64,000 nucleotides of DNA from Acidobacteriota bacterium (lineage in GTDB: Bacteria > Acidobacteriota > UBA6911 > RPQK01 > JAJDTT01). Made by a program: the position numbers and the translations under genes. How positions within the stretch are numbered: the first letter of the stretch is position 1; each line of letters opens with the position of its first letter. The stretch spans positions 2,976,001-3,040,000 of the forward strand of contig CBDCJH010000002.1 in the NCBI GenBank assembly GCA_965217775.1. The letters are read 5' to 3'. Under the pieces are notes generated by a model that ran no database searches, was not told where the DNA came from, and saw nothing but the letters and a program-made list of their open reading frames with translations. Below, piece by piece: positions 31,154 to 40,888 of the stretch.

Positions 31154-32698
31154 TCACTCGTAGAAACGGATGGAGTAGAGGTCCGCATCCTTCATCACGA
31201 AGCGGAGCCGAACGGCGGTTCCGGCCAGACGGCCCACGTCGCTACCCCCGTCCCACGACACGTCCCGGGCAATCTCGTCTCCAATGATCTCGGGACAATC
31301 CGCAAGGGAGAAGCCGGGTATCGGCTTCCCCTCGGTGTCTTGAATCTCCACTCTCAAACCCCCCGCGGCCGAAGTGGAGTAGTTGATTTCCAGACGGCTT
31401 CCGGAAAACTTCAGTGGCTTCGTCAGCATTTCCCCTCCGGCGTAGGGCGCGTTGACGGAGGCGAATCCGTCCAGCCGCAGGGTCAACCGCTGGATGTGCC
31501 ACGTGGGATGCCCGTAGTGCCGGCCCGCGTAGATGGACATCTCGGCCGGACCCGTCCGGACCACGCCCTGAAGCGGATAGTTGGTGCGGGACACCCAGTT
31601 GAGGGTGTCCGGTCCCGGGCGGACGAAGACGCCCATGAAGGTGCGGTCGTAGAGCGTGCCCCCCCGGGAGGTCATGAAGGCGGCGTCCGCGCAGTCGTGG
31701 CTCAGCCAGTCCGGATTATTGGGTTGGGTGGCGTCCGAGACAACGCCGGCGGCCTTGGCCCGCTCCTTGGTGAGCGCGGAGCGGCCATACATGAACCGCG
31801 GCGGGAAGGCCACGTAGATATGGGGTGCCCGGAAATACGAAACCGTCTGGTGCTCATAGAGATGTTCGGGCGGCACGATGCCTCCCGTGGTGTACTCCAT
31901 GGGGACGGGATCGGTCCAACTCAGGAGATCCGGGGATGTGCTCCGGGCCACGGAGCGTTTTCGGGGCCGGACGTTGGCGGTCATGAATCGGAAGTAGAGA
32001 ACATACTTCCCCTCGGATTCGGACCAGAAAATGGATTGAATGCCGTCGAAGCCGTTGGGGAGCGTGGTGATGAAGACCGGGTCCTCCTGAACCTTCCGGA
32101 AATCCAACCCGTCGGAGGACTCGTACAGGAACAGGTCCACGTACTTCCTCCCGTCCAGGGGATGCTCGTTCTTCCACTCGGGCCGGTCCCGGTACCGGGA
32201 GCTGGTGGCCTTGATGCGGCGGTCGGCCGGCACACCCGGCCGGTTGTCCACGAAGGGAACCAGCCGCCCCAGCATGATCACGTTGTTCTCCCGGCTGCCG
32301 TCCACCTCCACCAGTCCCAGATTCGGCTTCTCCCAATGGATACCGTCCCGGCTCCTGGCGTAGCTGATGGCGCGGCGGAATCTCCGCTCCGACGGCAGGG
32401 TGGTCCGGGCCAGGTAGAAGAGGTGGTAGAGCCCCCCCTCCTGAAAGACCTTGTAGCCGTAGTTGAACTCATTTTCCCACGGACGGTCGATGCGGATCAC
32501 CTGCTCGGCGGGTTGCGGCTCATGCAACTGCAGTCGAACCCCCTGCAGGCGGTCGATCAGATAATGGTCCACGAAGAGCTCCCGGCGAGAACCGATCTCC
32601 CGGGGAAGAGAGTCATTGCTCGACCCCGCCCACACGACACTCGGCGCCACAAGACTGAGCCCCAGCAATAGAAATCCCAGGAAACGAAACGATCTCAT
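31154..32698 (-). CDS. Secreted hypothetical beta-propeller glycoside hydrolase-like protein
   Basis: Signal peptide, RRELFVDHYLID, YARSRDGIHWEKPNLGL, LRLDGFAS, DADLYSIRF. Confidence 0.75.
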   Translation of the reverse strand: MRSFRFLGFLLLGLSLVAPSVVWAGSSNDSLPREIGSRRELFVDHYLIDRLQGVRLQLHEPQPAEQVIRIDRPWENEFNYGYKVFQEGGLYHLFYLARTTLPSERRFRRAISYARSRDGIHWEKPNLGLVEVDGSRENNVIMLGRLVPFVDNRPGVPADRRIKATSSRYRDRPEWKNEHPLDGRKYVDLFLYESSDGLDFRKVQEDPVFITTLPNGFDGIQSIFWSESEGKYVLYFRFMTANVRPRKRSVARSTSPDLLSWTDPVPMEYTTGGIVPPEHLYEHQTVSYFRAPHIYVAFPPRFMYGRSALTKERAKAAGVVSDATQPNNPDWLSHDCADAAFMTSRGGTLYDRTFMGVFVRPGPDTLNWVSRTNYPLQGVVRTGPAEMSIYAGRHYGHPTWHIQRLTLRLDGFASVNAPYAGGEMLTKPLKFSGSRLEINYSTSAAGGLRVEIQDTEGKPIPGFSLADCPEIIGDEIARDVSWDGGSDVGRLAGTAVRLRFVMKDADLYSIRFYE

Positions 32699-32762
32699 CC
32701 GGTTATCCTCCCGCGGACAGAATGCATGCTGCAAAGATTCTTGGCAACTCTCCCGACTCGGC

Positions 32763-32807
32763 GCCGATTCCCAGCTCCATCGGAGGCGAAACAAAAAGCG
32801 TCCTGGT
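32763..32807 (+). repeat. Degenerate 45-bp direct repeat of 33776-33820 (3' end of the neighbouring gene)
   Basis: Ungapped manual alignment 34/45. Minus strand reads QDAFCFASDG versus LYAFRFATD*. Confidence 0.6.
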
Positions 32808-33035
32808 GTATTGTCCCGGAAATACGAGTAGACAAGCGTTCCAACTTGTCGAGCATGGATTGGCCCGTGGCCAGACCCAGTCCTGCCGACATGGAGTTGA
32901 ATCCTCTTCCCGCCCCGTCCATTCGAGCGGTTCCAGTGCTTGTTCCCGCCTCCGCAAGCGCTCGATCATTGTGGGCTATTCCGTAACCAGGTCTTGATTC
33001 TCTTTCGGACCACCGTCGCCGGTGATGGCGGCTGT

Positions 33036-33058
33036 AGTGTAACATTCAATGTTACACT
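33036..33058. promoter_or_regulatory. Palindromic operator of higBA (probable HigA site)
   Basis: AGTGTAACAT-TCA-ATGTTACACT, perfect 10-bp inverted repeat 6 nt upstream of the higB start. Confidence 0.75.
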
Positions 33059-33064
33059 TCTCTT

Positions 33065-33343
33065 GTGATCAAGGGGTTCGCTTCCAAGGTTCTCAGGAGG
33101 GCATTTGAAGACGGAAACTACCGGAGGATCAACCCCCAATGGAGGGCCAGGGTTGAACTTCTTCTGGACGCATTGGACGCCGCGGAGAAAGTGGAGGACT
33201 TGAACCTCCTGACGCTCGGCACCCACCCACTGAAGGACAATCGAAAGGGTGAGTGGGCAATGACCGTGACGAAGAACTGGAGGATTACCTTCAGATTCGA
33301 TGCGGGAGACGCCGTCAAGGTAGACCTGGAAGACTATCACTAG
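33065..33343 (+). CDS. higB: Type II TA toxin HigB (RelE superfamily)
   Basis: MIKGFASKVLRR.., HPLKDNRKGEWAMTVTKNWRITFRF..VDLEDYH. Confidence 0.92.
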   Translation: MIKGFASKVLRRAFEDGNYRRINPQWRARVELLLDALDAAEKVEDLNLLTLGTHPLKDNRKGEWAMTVTKNWRITFRFDAGDAVKVDLEDYH

Positions 33344-33358
33344 AACGGAGGGCGGGAC

Positions 33359-33661
33359 ATGGCTAGAAATCTGGAAACGCGACCGACACATCCAGGCAGG
33401 TTGCTACGGAGCGAGATCGAGGCTCGGAAACTCAATCAGAAGCAGGTGGCGGATCTTGTCGGTGTCGGGCGCAGGACCATTAACGAGATTTGCCAAGGAC
33501 GAAGACCAATGACCATCGACATGGCGCACCGGATCGGGAAGCTCTTCGGCAATGGTCCGACGCTCTGGGTCAACATGCAGAAGGCGATTGACATGTGGGA
33601 CGCTGAGCGCGAGCACTCAACAGACTACGCAAAGATTCAGACCTTGGAGATAGCCCGATAA
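33359..33661 (+). CDS. higA: Type II TA antitoxin HigA (XRE HTH)
   Basis: PTHPGRLL, LNQKQVADLVGVGRRTINEI, LWVNMQ. Confidence 0.92.
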   Translation: MARNLETRPTHPGRLLRSEIEARKLNQKQVADLVGVGRRTINEICQGRRPMTIDMAHRIGKLFGNGPTLWVNMQKAIDMWDAEREHSTDYAKIQTLEIAR

Positions 33662-33788
33662 AGCTGCCTATCGTGCGGTAGATGGAAGCAGTGGATGGTT
33701 AATCCTTCGTTTCAGCGGACTTTCACCGCCTATCTTGTGCCAGTTAGCCTGGCGCACAGTCGCCGCTCCTTCCAGGCCGATCCTCTGC

Positions 33789-35309
33789 TCAGTCGGTGGC
33801 AAAGCGAAAAGCGTACAGGTCGGCGTCCTTGAGGACGAACCGGATCCGGACCGGCTTCCCGGCCAGTGAGCTGACGTCACGGTTCCCCTTCCAAGTCACC
33901 AAACCTTCGATCTGATCTCCGAAAACTTCATCCGCATCCGCTTGGCTGAAACCCTCCAGCGGCTTGCCGTCCGCGTCCTGGAGCTCGACCCAGATCCCGC
34001 CGCTGCCCGAGGTGGAATAGTTGAGGCGTAGCCGATTGCCTTCGAAGCGAAGCGGACGGGTCACCATCTCTCCACCGGCCAAAGGCGCCTGCACGGAGAC
34101 GAATCCGTCCATTCTCAGCGAATAGCGGCGCACGTTCAGGCTCCGGCCCATCCAGTACCCTTCCACCACGTAGATGGAGAGTTCTTCGGGGGATCCGATC
34201 CGGTCGGAGCGGGTCTGGACGATTCCCCAGGCGATGCTGTTGTCCCCGTAGACCCAACTGTCGGTCCGGGCAAGGCCGGGTCGAATGAAGGCCTCTCCCC
34301 AACGTTTGAAGTGGAGCCTGTCCCGGCCCGTCATCAGGAGCGAATCGGTCACGGCCGTCCCGTAGCGCTGGGAGACCTTCGACCTGTGCTCCCGGGCTTC
34401 CCGCCCCGGAAGGCGCCAAGTCGCTTCGGTCGAGCCCCGGTCCTTGTAGCGCATGGGAAAGCCCACCAGGATGTGGGGCGCCCGGTAGTAGGGGCGCAGT
34501 TGATTGGTGTAGAGATGTTCCCTGGGAGCCCCCGGATACTCGCACCAGACCGGGTCCGTCCAATTGAGGAAATCGGGAGAGGTGGCGGTCAGGATGTCCC
34601 TGACCCTCTGGTTGAACCCGCGGAAGTAAGCCCGGTACTCTCGCCGCACCGGGTCCCAGAAGGCCAGGTTCTGCGAATCGAAGGCCCCTTCGGAGATGAC
34701 TACCCGGTCCGACATGGGCGTGAAGCGGAGTCCGTCCGCCGACTTGAGCGCCAGCAGGCCCTTTTCGCCGTTGGACCGGATGATCATCTTGTAGCGGGCG
34801 TCCTCGGGGCAGTCGGGACTGTCGTCCTTGAAGATGGCGGCGTGGCCCGGGTCGGCTTCGACCGAGCTCAGCGTCGTCTGGGAGAGGATGATGTTGTTGT
34901 CCGTGCTGCCCTGGAACTCCACCAGACCCAGCTTCGGTTTCCGGAAGTGGATGCCGTCGCTGCTCTCGGCATAGCACATGTACGGGCGGTGGGGATAGGT
35001 CTGCCCTGTCTCCGTCACCTCGTACTGATAGGCGCCATAGTACATCCGGTAGCGCATCCGGTTTGGGGTTCCATCCTGGAACACGGTGCGGTAATGGCAG
35101 GCGTTTCCTTCCCAAGCCTCATCGGTCACCAGCGCCACGTTTCTCCGGACAGGCCGGTGGAGCTGCAGCCGGGCTCCTCCCGACATGCGGTCGATGAGAT
35201 GTTCATCCACCATGAGCTCGAGACGCGACCCCACGTCCGCGACCCCCTCGGAGGCGCCCATGACGGCGGCTCCCATACCGAGCACCAGCAAGATCATGAA
35301 TAGCGACAT
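33789..35309 (-). CDS. Secreted hypothetical beta-propeller glycoside hydrolase-like protein (tandem copy 2)
   Basis: Same family as 31154-32698: GAFDSQNLAFWD, HLYTNQ, LRMDGFVS. Confidence 0.78.
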   Translation of the reverse strand: MSLFMILLVLGMGAAVMGASEGVADVGSRLELMVDEHLIDRMSGGARLQLHRPVRRNVALVTDEAWEGNACHYRTVFQDGTPNRMRYRMYYGAYQYEVTETGQTYPHRPYMCYAESSDGIHFRKPKLGLVEFQGSTDNNIILSQTTLSSVEADPGHAAIFKDDSPDCPEDARYKMIIRSNGEKGLLALKSADGLRFTPMSDRVVISEGAFDSQNLAFWDPVRREYRAYFRGFNQRVRDILTATSPDFLNWTDPVWCEYPGAPREHLYTNQLRPYYRAPHILVGFPMRYKDRGSTEATWRLPGREAREHRSKVSQRYGTAVTDSLLMTGRDRLHFKRWGEAFIRPGLARTDSWVYGDNSIAWGIVQTRSDRIGSPEELSIYVVEGYWMGRSLNVRRYSLRMDGFVSVQAPLAGGEMVTRPLRFEGNRLRLNYSTSGSGGIWVELQDADGKPLEGFSQADADEVFGDQIEGLVTWKGNRDVSSLAGKPVRIRFVLKDADLYAFRFATD

Positions 35310-35360
35310 TTCCCAATTCCTCCCTGAATTCCCCGACCCGAATGCCCGCATTCCCATCAG

Positions 35361-36869
35361 TCAGTCGGCGGCAAAGCGAAAAGCAAACAGGTCGGCGTCC
35401 TTGAGAACGAACCGAATCCGGACCGCCTTCCCGGCCAGCGAGCTGACCTCACGGTTCCCCTTCCAGGTCACCACGCCCTCAATCTGGTCTCCGAAGACCT
35501 CATCCGCATCCGCTTGGCTGAAACCTTCGAACGGCATGCCGTCCGCGTCCTGGAGCTCGACCCAGATTCCGCCGCTGCCCGAGGTGGAATAGTTGAGGCG
35601 CAGCCGATTGCCGTCGAAGCGAAGCGGACGGGTCACCACCTCTCCACCGGCCAGGGGTGCTTGCGCGGAGACGAATCCGTCCATTCTCAGGGAATAGCGG
35701 CGCACATTTATGCTTCGCCCCATCCAGTACCCTTCCACCACGTAGATGGAGAGCTCATCGGGAGAACCGAGCCGGTCGGAGCGGGTCTGGACGATTCCCC
35801 AGGCGATGCAGTTGTCCCCGTAGACCCAACTGTCGGTCCGGGCGGGCCCGGGTCGAATGAAGGCCTCTCCCCAACGCTTGAAGTGGAGCCGGTCCCGGCC
35901 CGTCATCAGGAGAGCGTCGCTCACGGCCGTCCCGTAGCGTTGGGAGACCTTCGCCCGGTGCTCCCGAGCTTCCCGGCCCGGCAGGCGCCAAGTCGCTTCG
36001 GTGGGGCCCCGATCCTTGTAGCGCATGGGAAAGCCCACCAGGATGTGGGGCGCCCGGTGGTAGGGGCGCAACTGGTTGGTGTAGAGATGCTCCGTGGGTG
36101 CCCCCGGATACTCGCACCAGACCGGGTCCGTCCAGGTGAGGAAATCGGAAGAAATGGCCGTCAGGATGTCCCTGACCTTCTGGCGGAACCCTCGGAAGTA
36201 GGCCCGGTACTCTCGCCGCACCGGGTCCCAGAAGGCCAGGTTCTGCGAATCGAAGGCCCCTTCGGAGATCACCACCCGGTCCGACATGGGGGTGAAGCGA
36301 AGTCCATCCGGCGACTTGAGCGCCAGCAGGCCCTTCTCGCCGTTGGACCGGATGATCATCTTGTAGCGGGCGTCCTCGGGGCAGTCGGGATTGTCGTCAA
36401 TGAAGATGGCGGCGTGGCCGGGGTCGGCTTCGACCGAGCTCAGCGTCGTCTCGGAGAGGACGATGTTGTTGTCTGTGCTGCCTCGGAACTCCACCAGTCC
36501 CAGCTTCGGTTTCCGGAAGCGGATGCCGTCGCTGCTCTCGGCATAGCAGAGATACTGGCGGTGGGGGTAAGTCTGTCCCGTCTCCGTCGTTTCGTAGTGC
36601 CAAGTGCCATAGTACATCCGGTAGGCGCTTCCATCCTGCAACACCGTGCGGTAGAAGGAGGCGTTGCCCTCCCAGGGCTCGCCGGTTACCAGCGCCACGT
36701 TCCGCCGGACCGGCCGGTGGAGCTGCAGCCGGGCTCCTCCCGACATGCGGTCGATGAGATGTTCATCCACCATGAGCTCAAGACGCGAACCCACATCGAT
36801 GGCTTCCGCGGAGGCGCCCATCACGGCGGCTCCCATGCCGAGCACGAGCAAGATCACGAATAGCAACAT
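35361..36869 (-). CDS. Secreted hypothetical beta-propeller glycoside hydrolase-like protein (tandem copy 1)
   Basis: Highly similar to 33789-35309 at both protein and DNA level. Confidence 0.78.
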   Translation of the reverse strand: MLLFVILLVLGMGAAVMGASAEAIDVGSRLELMVDEHLIDRMSGGARLQLHRPVRRNVALVTGEPWEGNASFYRTVLQDGSAYRMYYGTWHYETTETGQTYPHRQYLCYAESSDGIRFRKPKLGLVEFRGSTDNNIVLSETTLSSVEADPGHAAIFIDDNPDCPEDARYKMIIRSNGEKGLLALKSPDGLRFTPMSDRVVISEGAFDSQNLAFWDPVRREYRAYFRGFRQKVRDILTAISSDFLTWTDPVWCEYPGAPTEHLYTNQLRPYHRAPHILVGFPMRYKDRGPTEATWRLPGREAREHRAKVSQRYGTAVSDALLMTGRDRLHFKRWGEAFIRPGPARTDSWVYGDNCIAWGIVQTRSDRLGSPDELSIYVVEGYWMGRSINVRRYSLRMDGFVSAQAPLAGGEVVTRPLRFDGNRLRLNYSTSGSGGIWVELQDADGMPFEGFSQADADEVFGDQIEGVVTWKGNREVSSLAGKAVRIRFVLKDADLFAFRFAAD

Positions 36870-36915
36870 TTCCGAATCCGTCCCTGAATTCCTCGGCCCG
36901 AACACCGGCACCTCA

Positions 36916-37908
36916 TCAGGAGGATGCACGGCAACTTTCGATATTCCCCGAGCGGCAAGCCCTCCGCACCGCGTCCATCACGGCCATGTTCTCGACACCC
37001 GTCTCGATCCTGGCGTCCGCTGCGCCGCCGCAGGCGGCGACGAAGGCGTCGACCTCGTCGGCGTACTGGTTGACGCCCGGGACCCGATGCTGCCGGTTCT
37101 TGCCATCCTGGTCGATAACCGTCACCAGGACCCGCTTTCGAGCTGCCGGCACGTAGCCCTGGGGCGCCCTGATGATCCCCCGGTCCCCGTAGACGGTGTA
37201 GCCCTGCTCCCGGGGAAGATGGGTCCCACAGGTGACGGTGGCCACGGGGCCGCCGTCGAACCGCAGGGTGAAGTGGCAGAACTCGTCGACTCCGGTCTCG
37301 GCCCCCAGCCTCCAATTTCCGGAAACGGAACGAGGTTCCGCCCCAAGGATGTACCGGGCGCTGTTGATCCCGTAGCAACCCACGTCGTAGAGGCCTCCCC
37401 CTCCGGTCTCACGCTTCAGGCGAATGTTGTTCAAATCGTCCATGAAGTAGTGGAAGTGGGTTTCGAACAGGAAAACCCGTCCGATGGCGCCCTTCCGGAT
37501 GAGCTCCTTCACCAGGGCATGCTGGGGATGGAAGCGGTACATGAACCCCTCCATCAGCACCCGGCCGGCCGCTCGGGCGGCCGCCTCCATCTCCCGGGCT
37601 TCCGCCAGATCCATCCCCAGCGGCTTGTCGCAAAGGACATGCTTGCCGTGGGCCAACGCCTTCAGGGTCCACTCCTTGTGGAGATGGTTGGGAAGACCGA
37701 TGTAGACACCGTCGATGCCGGGGTCCTCCAGTAGCTGCCGGTAACTCGAATAGCAGCGGTCGACGCCGTGCTTGGCGGAGAGGGCTTGCGCCTTCTCCCG
37801 GGAGCTGGTCCCCAGAGCCGTCAATTCCGCCGTCTTGGCTTGGCGAATCCCGGGAATCATGGCCTTGGTGGATATCATCCCCACTCCGATGATGGCCATT
37901 CTGTACAT
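36916..37908 (-). CDS. Gfo/Idh/MocA family oxidoreductase
   Basis: IIGVGMIS, YIGLPNHLH, GKHVLCDKP, GGGLYDVGCY. Confidence 0.92.
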   Translation of the reverse strand: MYRMAIIGVGMISTKAMIPGIRQAKTAELTALGTSSREKAQALSAKHGVDRCYSSYRQLLEDPGIDGVYIGLPNHLHKEWTLKALAHGKHVLCDKPLGMDLAEAREMEAAARAAGRVLMEGFMYRFHPQHALVKELIRKGAIGRVFLFETHFHYFMDDLNNIRLKRETGGGGLYDVGCYGINSARYILGAEPRSVSGNWRLGAETGVDEFCHFTLRFDGGPVATVTCGTHLPREQGYTVYGDRGIIRAPQGYVPAARKRVLVTVIDQDGKNRQHRVPGVNQYADEVDAFVAACGGAADARIETGVENMAVMDAVRRACRSGNIESCRASS

Positions 37909-37926
37909 GTTACGTCTTCCTCCGCG

Positions 37927-39213
37927 TCATCCTTGGACAGTCCGTGGGCTGTTGAGCCATTCCAGATTGAAACGGGCGATGCTGATCCGCTCGCACCAGC
38001 GCCGGCGATGGTCCAAGCGCGAAAAGCTACCGTACCATTCGGCGAGCTTGGACTCGGGCCAGTCGAGGCTGTCCTCATGCAGGCAGAGAATCGTCTTGTC
38101 CTCCAGCACAGCCAGATCGGAATAGGCGGACGGACCGTCATCCAACAGTTTCGACAGCGGCCAGGTCCGGCCCTCGTCATAGCTGGCCCGCAGGGTGAGC
38201 CGCTGTCTCTGCCCCTTCGTCGGATTTGAGGGATCGGGACCGGCCGGATTGGAGAAGAGGAAGATGTTCTTCCCTTCGTTCGCCCCGGTGGGGTAGCGGG
38301 TCAGTCCGGCGTGGCAAACCGTAGTGGGGAGATCGCGCGGCTGCGTCTCCTGCGGTTCGAAGCTCTCCCCTCCGTCCCGGCTCCAGGCGTGCCATCGCCA
38401 GTCGTTGTGAAAGGGGCGATTCTTGCGGAAATTGGCGTAGATACCGCCGTCCGCCGTCTCCACCACGGTGACCTCGTCCGAGCCCACCGGCAGGACTCCC
38501 CCCACCTGCCAAGTCGATCCATGGTCGTCGCTGTAGAGGACGCCTCCGCGGACACCGGGAATCTGGCCTTCTTCTCCGTCCTTGTACAGGAATCCGGGGA
38601 TCACCAACCTTCCCTTCTTCGGACCCCGTGTCAGTTGGATGCCGTGGACCGAATTGTTGGTCCAACCGATCCATCCGTCCAGGTTGGGTCGAGCCTTCTT
38701 GGGTGCCGGTTCCGACCAGGTGAGGCCCTGGTCGGTGCTCTTCGCCAGCCAGAAACGCCCGTCGGTCTTGGCGTAGGTCGGGAAGTACCTCAAGTCGTGA
38801 GGAGCCGTCGTCGGAAGCTTCCAAAAGGCGGAGAAGATCGTCCCGCTGATCCGGTCCTCGAACAGGGGACCGACAAGGCAGAAAGCCCCCCGCTCCCGGA
38901 AGAGGACTCGCTGCTTCCCCCAGTTCCGCCCACCGTCCGTGCTCCGCTGCACCAGGACATCGGTCTCGTGGCCGAAGTCGGTCATGTTGTCCCACCGCCG
39001 CTGGCAGACGGCGACGACAGACCCGCGGCTCGTCGCCAGCAGTCCAGGGAGCCGGACCCCGAAACCCTTTCCCGGGTAGAAGACCGTCGTCTTCTCGAAA
39101 AAGGGTTGTGCCGGTCCGCCGGGCAGCGACCCTGAGAACAAGCGACCGACCTTCCCCGCCGCAACGACCGCTCCGGCTCCCAGCGGCCTCAAGAAATCAC
39201 GTCGATGCATCAT
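37927..39213 (-). CDS. Tat-exported exo-alpha-sialidase (GH33-like)
   Basis: HRRDFL, VRLPGL (RIP-like), Asp-boxes [46 protein letters not shown]. Confidence 0.88.
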   Translation of the reverse strand: MMHRRDFLRPLGAGAVVAAGKVGRLFSGSLPGGPAQPFFEKTTVFYPGKGFGVRLPGLLATSRGSVVAVCQRRWDNMTDFGHETDVLVQRSTDGGRNWGKQRVLFRERGAFCLVGPLFEDRISGTIFSAFWKLPTTAPHDLRYFPTYAKTDGRFWLAKSTDQGLTWSEPAPKKARPNLDGWIGWTNNSVHGIQLTRGPKKGRLVIPGFLYKDGEEGQIPGVRGGVLYSDDHGSTWQVGGVLPVGSDEVTVVETADGGIYANFRKNRPFHNDWRWHAWSRDGGESFEPQETQPRDLPTTVCHAGLTRYPTGANEGKNIFLFSNPAGPDPSNPTKGQRQRLTLRASYDEGRTWPLSKLLDDGPSAYSDLAVLEDKTILCLHEDSLDWPESKLAEWYGSFSRLDHRRRWCERISIARFNLEWLNSPRTVQG

Positions 39214-39327
39214 GGGTTTTCTACCCTCCGTTTGGCGGTGCGGCCCAAGTCTACATGGAAGAAGAGGCATGAGGAACGAGAAGTGGAGGGGGGACTGTTA
39301 GTACCCCTCTCCTCAAGCAAAAACATG

Positions 39328-39389
39328 ACTGTCCCCTTTTCGTGTGTGTGACTTCCCCTTTTCGTGTGTGTCCCCTTTTCGTGCGTCCC
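39328..39389. repeat. Three tandem copies of TCCCCTTTTCGTG(T/C)GT
   Basis: Direct inspection. The GACTGTCCCCT motif also occurs at about 24425. Confidence 0.75.
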
Positions 39390-39528
39390 AACTATCCCTG
39401 CGGGAAGGCCCCGGAGAAGATTCCTGAAGACCTGTTGTGGCCATCCAAGGCGTCCATCCCCCCAACATGGTGCAACATGATCTATGCATGACCAAAGGCT
39501 ACATGTGCCACTATGGTACGCATGAAGG

Positions 39529-39935
39529 ATGAAGATTCTCCGGGGCCGCTTGGATGACGACCTGGAACGCACCCTGGAATGTCTGGACTCGGAATGCGAT
39601 GTGAACGTCAGAGTCTGGGTCCGCTCCCTGCTACGCGCGGGCCTGGCTGAGCTACTGGGGCGTGCGGCTCCGGGGGTAGCTCACCTCCAGGAAACTCCAC
39701 CTGCGAAGGCGCCACCGCTTCGCAGGCGGAGTCCCTACCTACTCGAAGGCACGTATTCGGGTTCGTGCTGGATGGGCGACACTCACAAACTCCCCGAGAA
39801 CCACTTGGTTGGGCGCGCCATCGAGATCACAACCCGAGGGGAGAGACCTGGATCGAGACCGTGGTCGAGGTCCTCGAACGCCGGGCCGATTTCGTCCCGG
39901 TCCGCGACTCCGGGCGGCCTTCCGATGCTGCATGA
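39529..39935 (+). pseudogene. Frameshifted hypothetical gene with an N-terminal ribbon-helix-helix-like segment
   Basis: MKILRGRLDDDLERTLECLDSECDVNVRVWVRSLLRAGLAEL fits a strand-helix-turn-helix pattern. After about 39843 GC3-rich coding continues in another frame (ETWIETVVEVLERRADFVPVRDSGRPSDAA*). Confidence 0.45.
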
Positions 39936-39988
39936 TCTATCGGTGGGAAGGTAAACTGGACTGACTTGGAGGAAGCCTCCTGGGAGTC

Positions 39989-40222
39989 ATGGTAAGTGAA
40001 GTCTACGATGCCTTTGTGGACGCCGGGGCCTCGGAAGCTAAGGCTCGGGCCGCCGCCGAAGCGATCCCGATCAGTGACCAGTTGGCCACCAAACAGGACA
40101 TCGGTGATCTCAAGAGTGATATCACCGCGCTGGAGGCCAAGATGTGGAAGGCCGGCATCACCATCGCCAGCCTCGCGGTGCTGCTCAACAAGTCCCTGGA
40201 CTGGGTGATTACTGGCAAATAG
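39989..40222 (+). CDS. Small coiled-coil membrane-anchored protein (DUF1640/CCDC90-like)
   Basis: VYDAFVDAGASEAKARAAAEA..LATKQDI..coiled coil plus C-terminal hydrophobic helix. Confidence 0.65.
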   Translation: MVSEVYDAFVDAGASEAKARAAAEAIPISDQLATKQDIGDLKSDITALEAKMWKAGITIASLAVLLNKSLDWVITGK

Positions 40223-40277
40223 TTATTCCCTGGAAGCCCGTTGCGACCGTGAGCCGTTCCCGGGATCTTCGCCTCCT

Positions 40278-40724
40278 CTAATCGTCATGGATCAGTTCGT
40301 ACGAATCTTCATTCCGCCACACTTGGACCTCGAGGCCGTGGAATTGATCCCTGTCGCCGTTGATCTTCTCGTTCAGCCAGTTGAGCGCAGCACGGTGTTC
40401 GTCGCTGAAATGCTTGGCAATCCAGATGCTGATGTTGGCTTTCAACCCCGCTGAGTAGGTGATGAGCTTGCCGAGATGATCATGATCAGTCGGCTCCAGT
40501 TGATTCTCAATCACCACCGTGGCGTTAGTTTTAGCTTCCTCGCAAACAATGTCCGCCTGATAGTGACCGACTGGCTTCTCCGGCACCGGGTCTATCAGTT
40601 CCATTCCCTGTGGTCTCCTCAGCACTTCGAGGTGGGCGGCGAGCCAAGGAGTGAAATCTGCCTTTTCGTCAGGCCAAACTTCTCGGAGATCGACAGGTTC
40701 CAGGCGTCCAAATTGAGGATCCAT
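40278..40724 (-). pseudogene. N-terminal PD-(D/E)xK-like half of a DUF4268-type protein, C-terminally truncated
   Basis: LREVWPDEKADFTPWL, ADIV..VVIENQLEPTDHDHLGKLITYSAG, HRAALNWLN. Ends at 148 aa, about half the recalled family length. Confidence 0.65.
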
Positions 40725-40888
40725 TCATCAACTTGACGCCCGGTCGCTCCCCTGACGTCGCCGGGCGCAGGCCGCTGGGGGGAGCTTCTTCGTCTTGACT
40801 CTTTTCTCATTTCCTCTTTCCTCTTTCCTTTCCCAAAGTGGTAGTATCTCGCGAACCGAGGCGGAGGACCGCGAGGACGGAGGACCGG

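Noticed and set aside
32695-33045. Small CDS upstream of higB
   Set aside because: None of the overlapping ORFs shows family motifs or convincing codon bias.
33661-33789. Integron attC site after higBA
   Set aside because: GTTAGCC is present but there is no matching RYYYAAC or long inverted repeat, and no integrase.
33789-36869. Diversity-generating retroelement TR/VR pair
   Set aside because: Whole-gene duplication, differences not confined to adenines, and no reverse transcriptase.
39328-39389. CRISPR or iteron array
   Set aside because: Three short, nearly abutting units with no unique spacers and no rep or cas gene.
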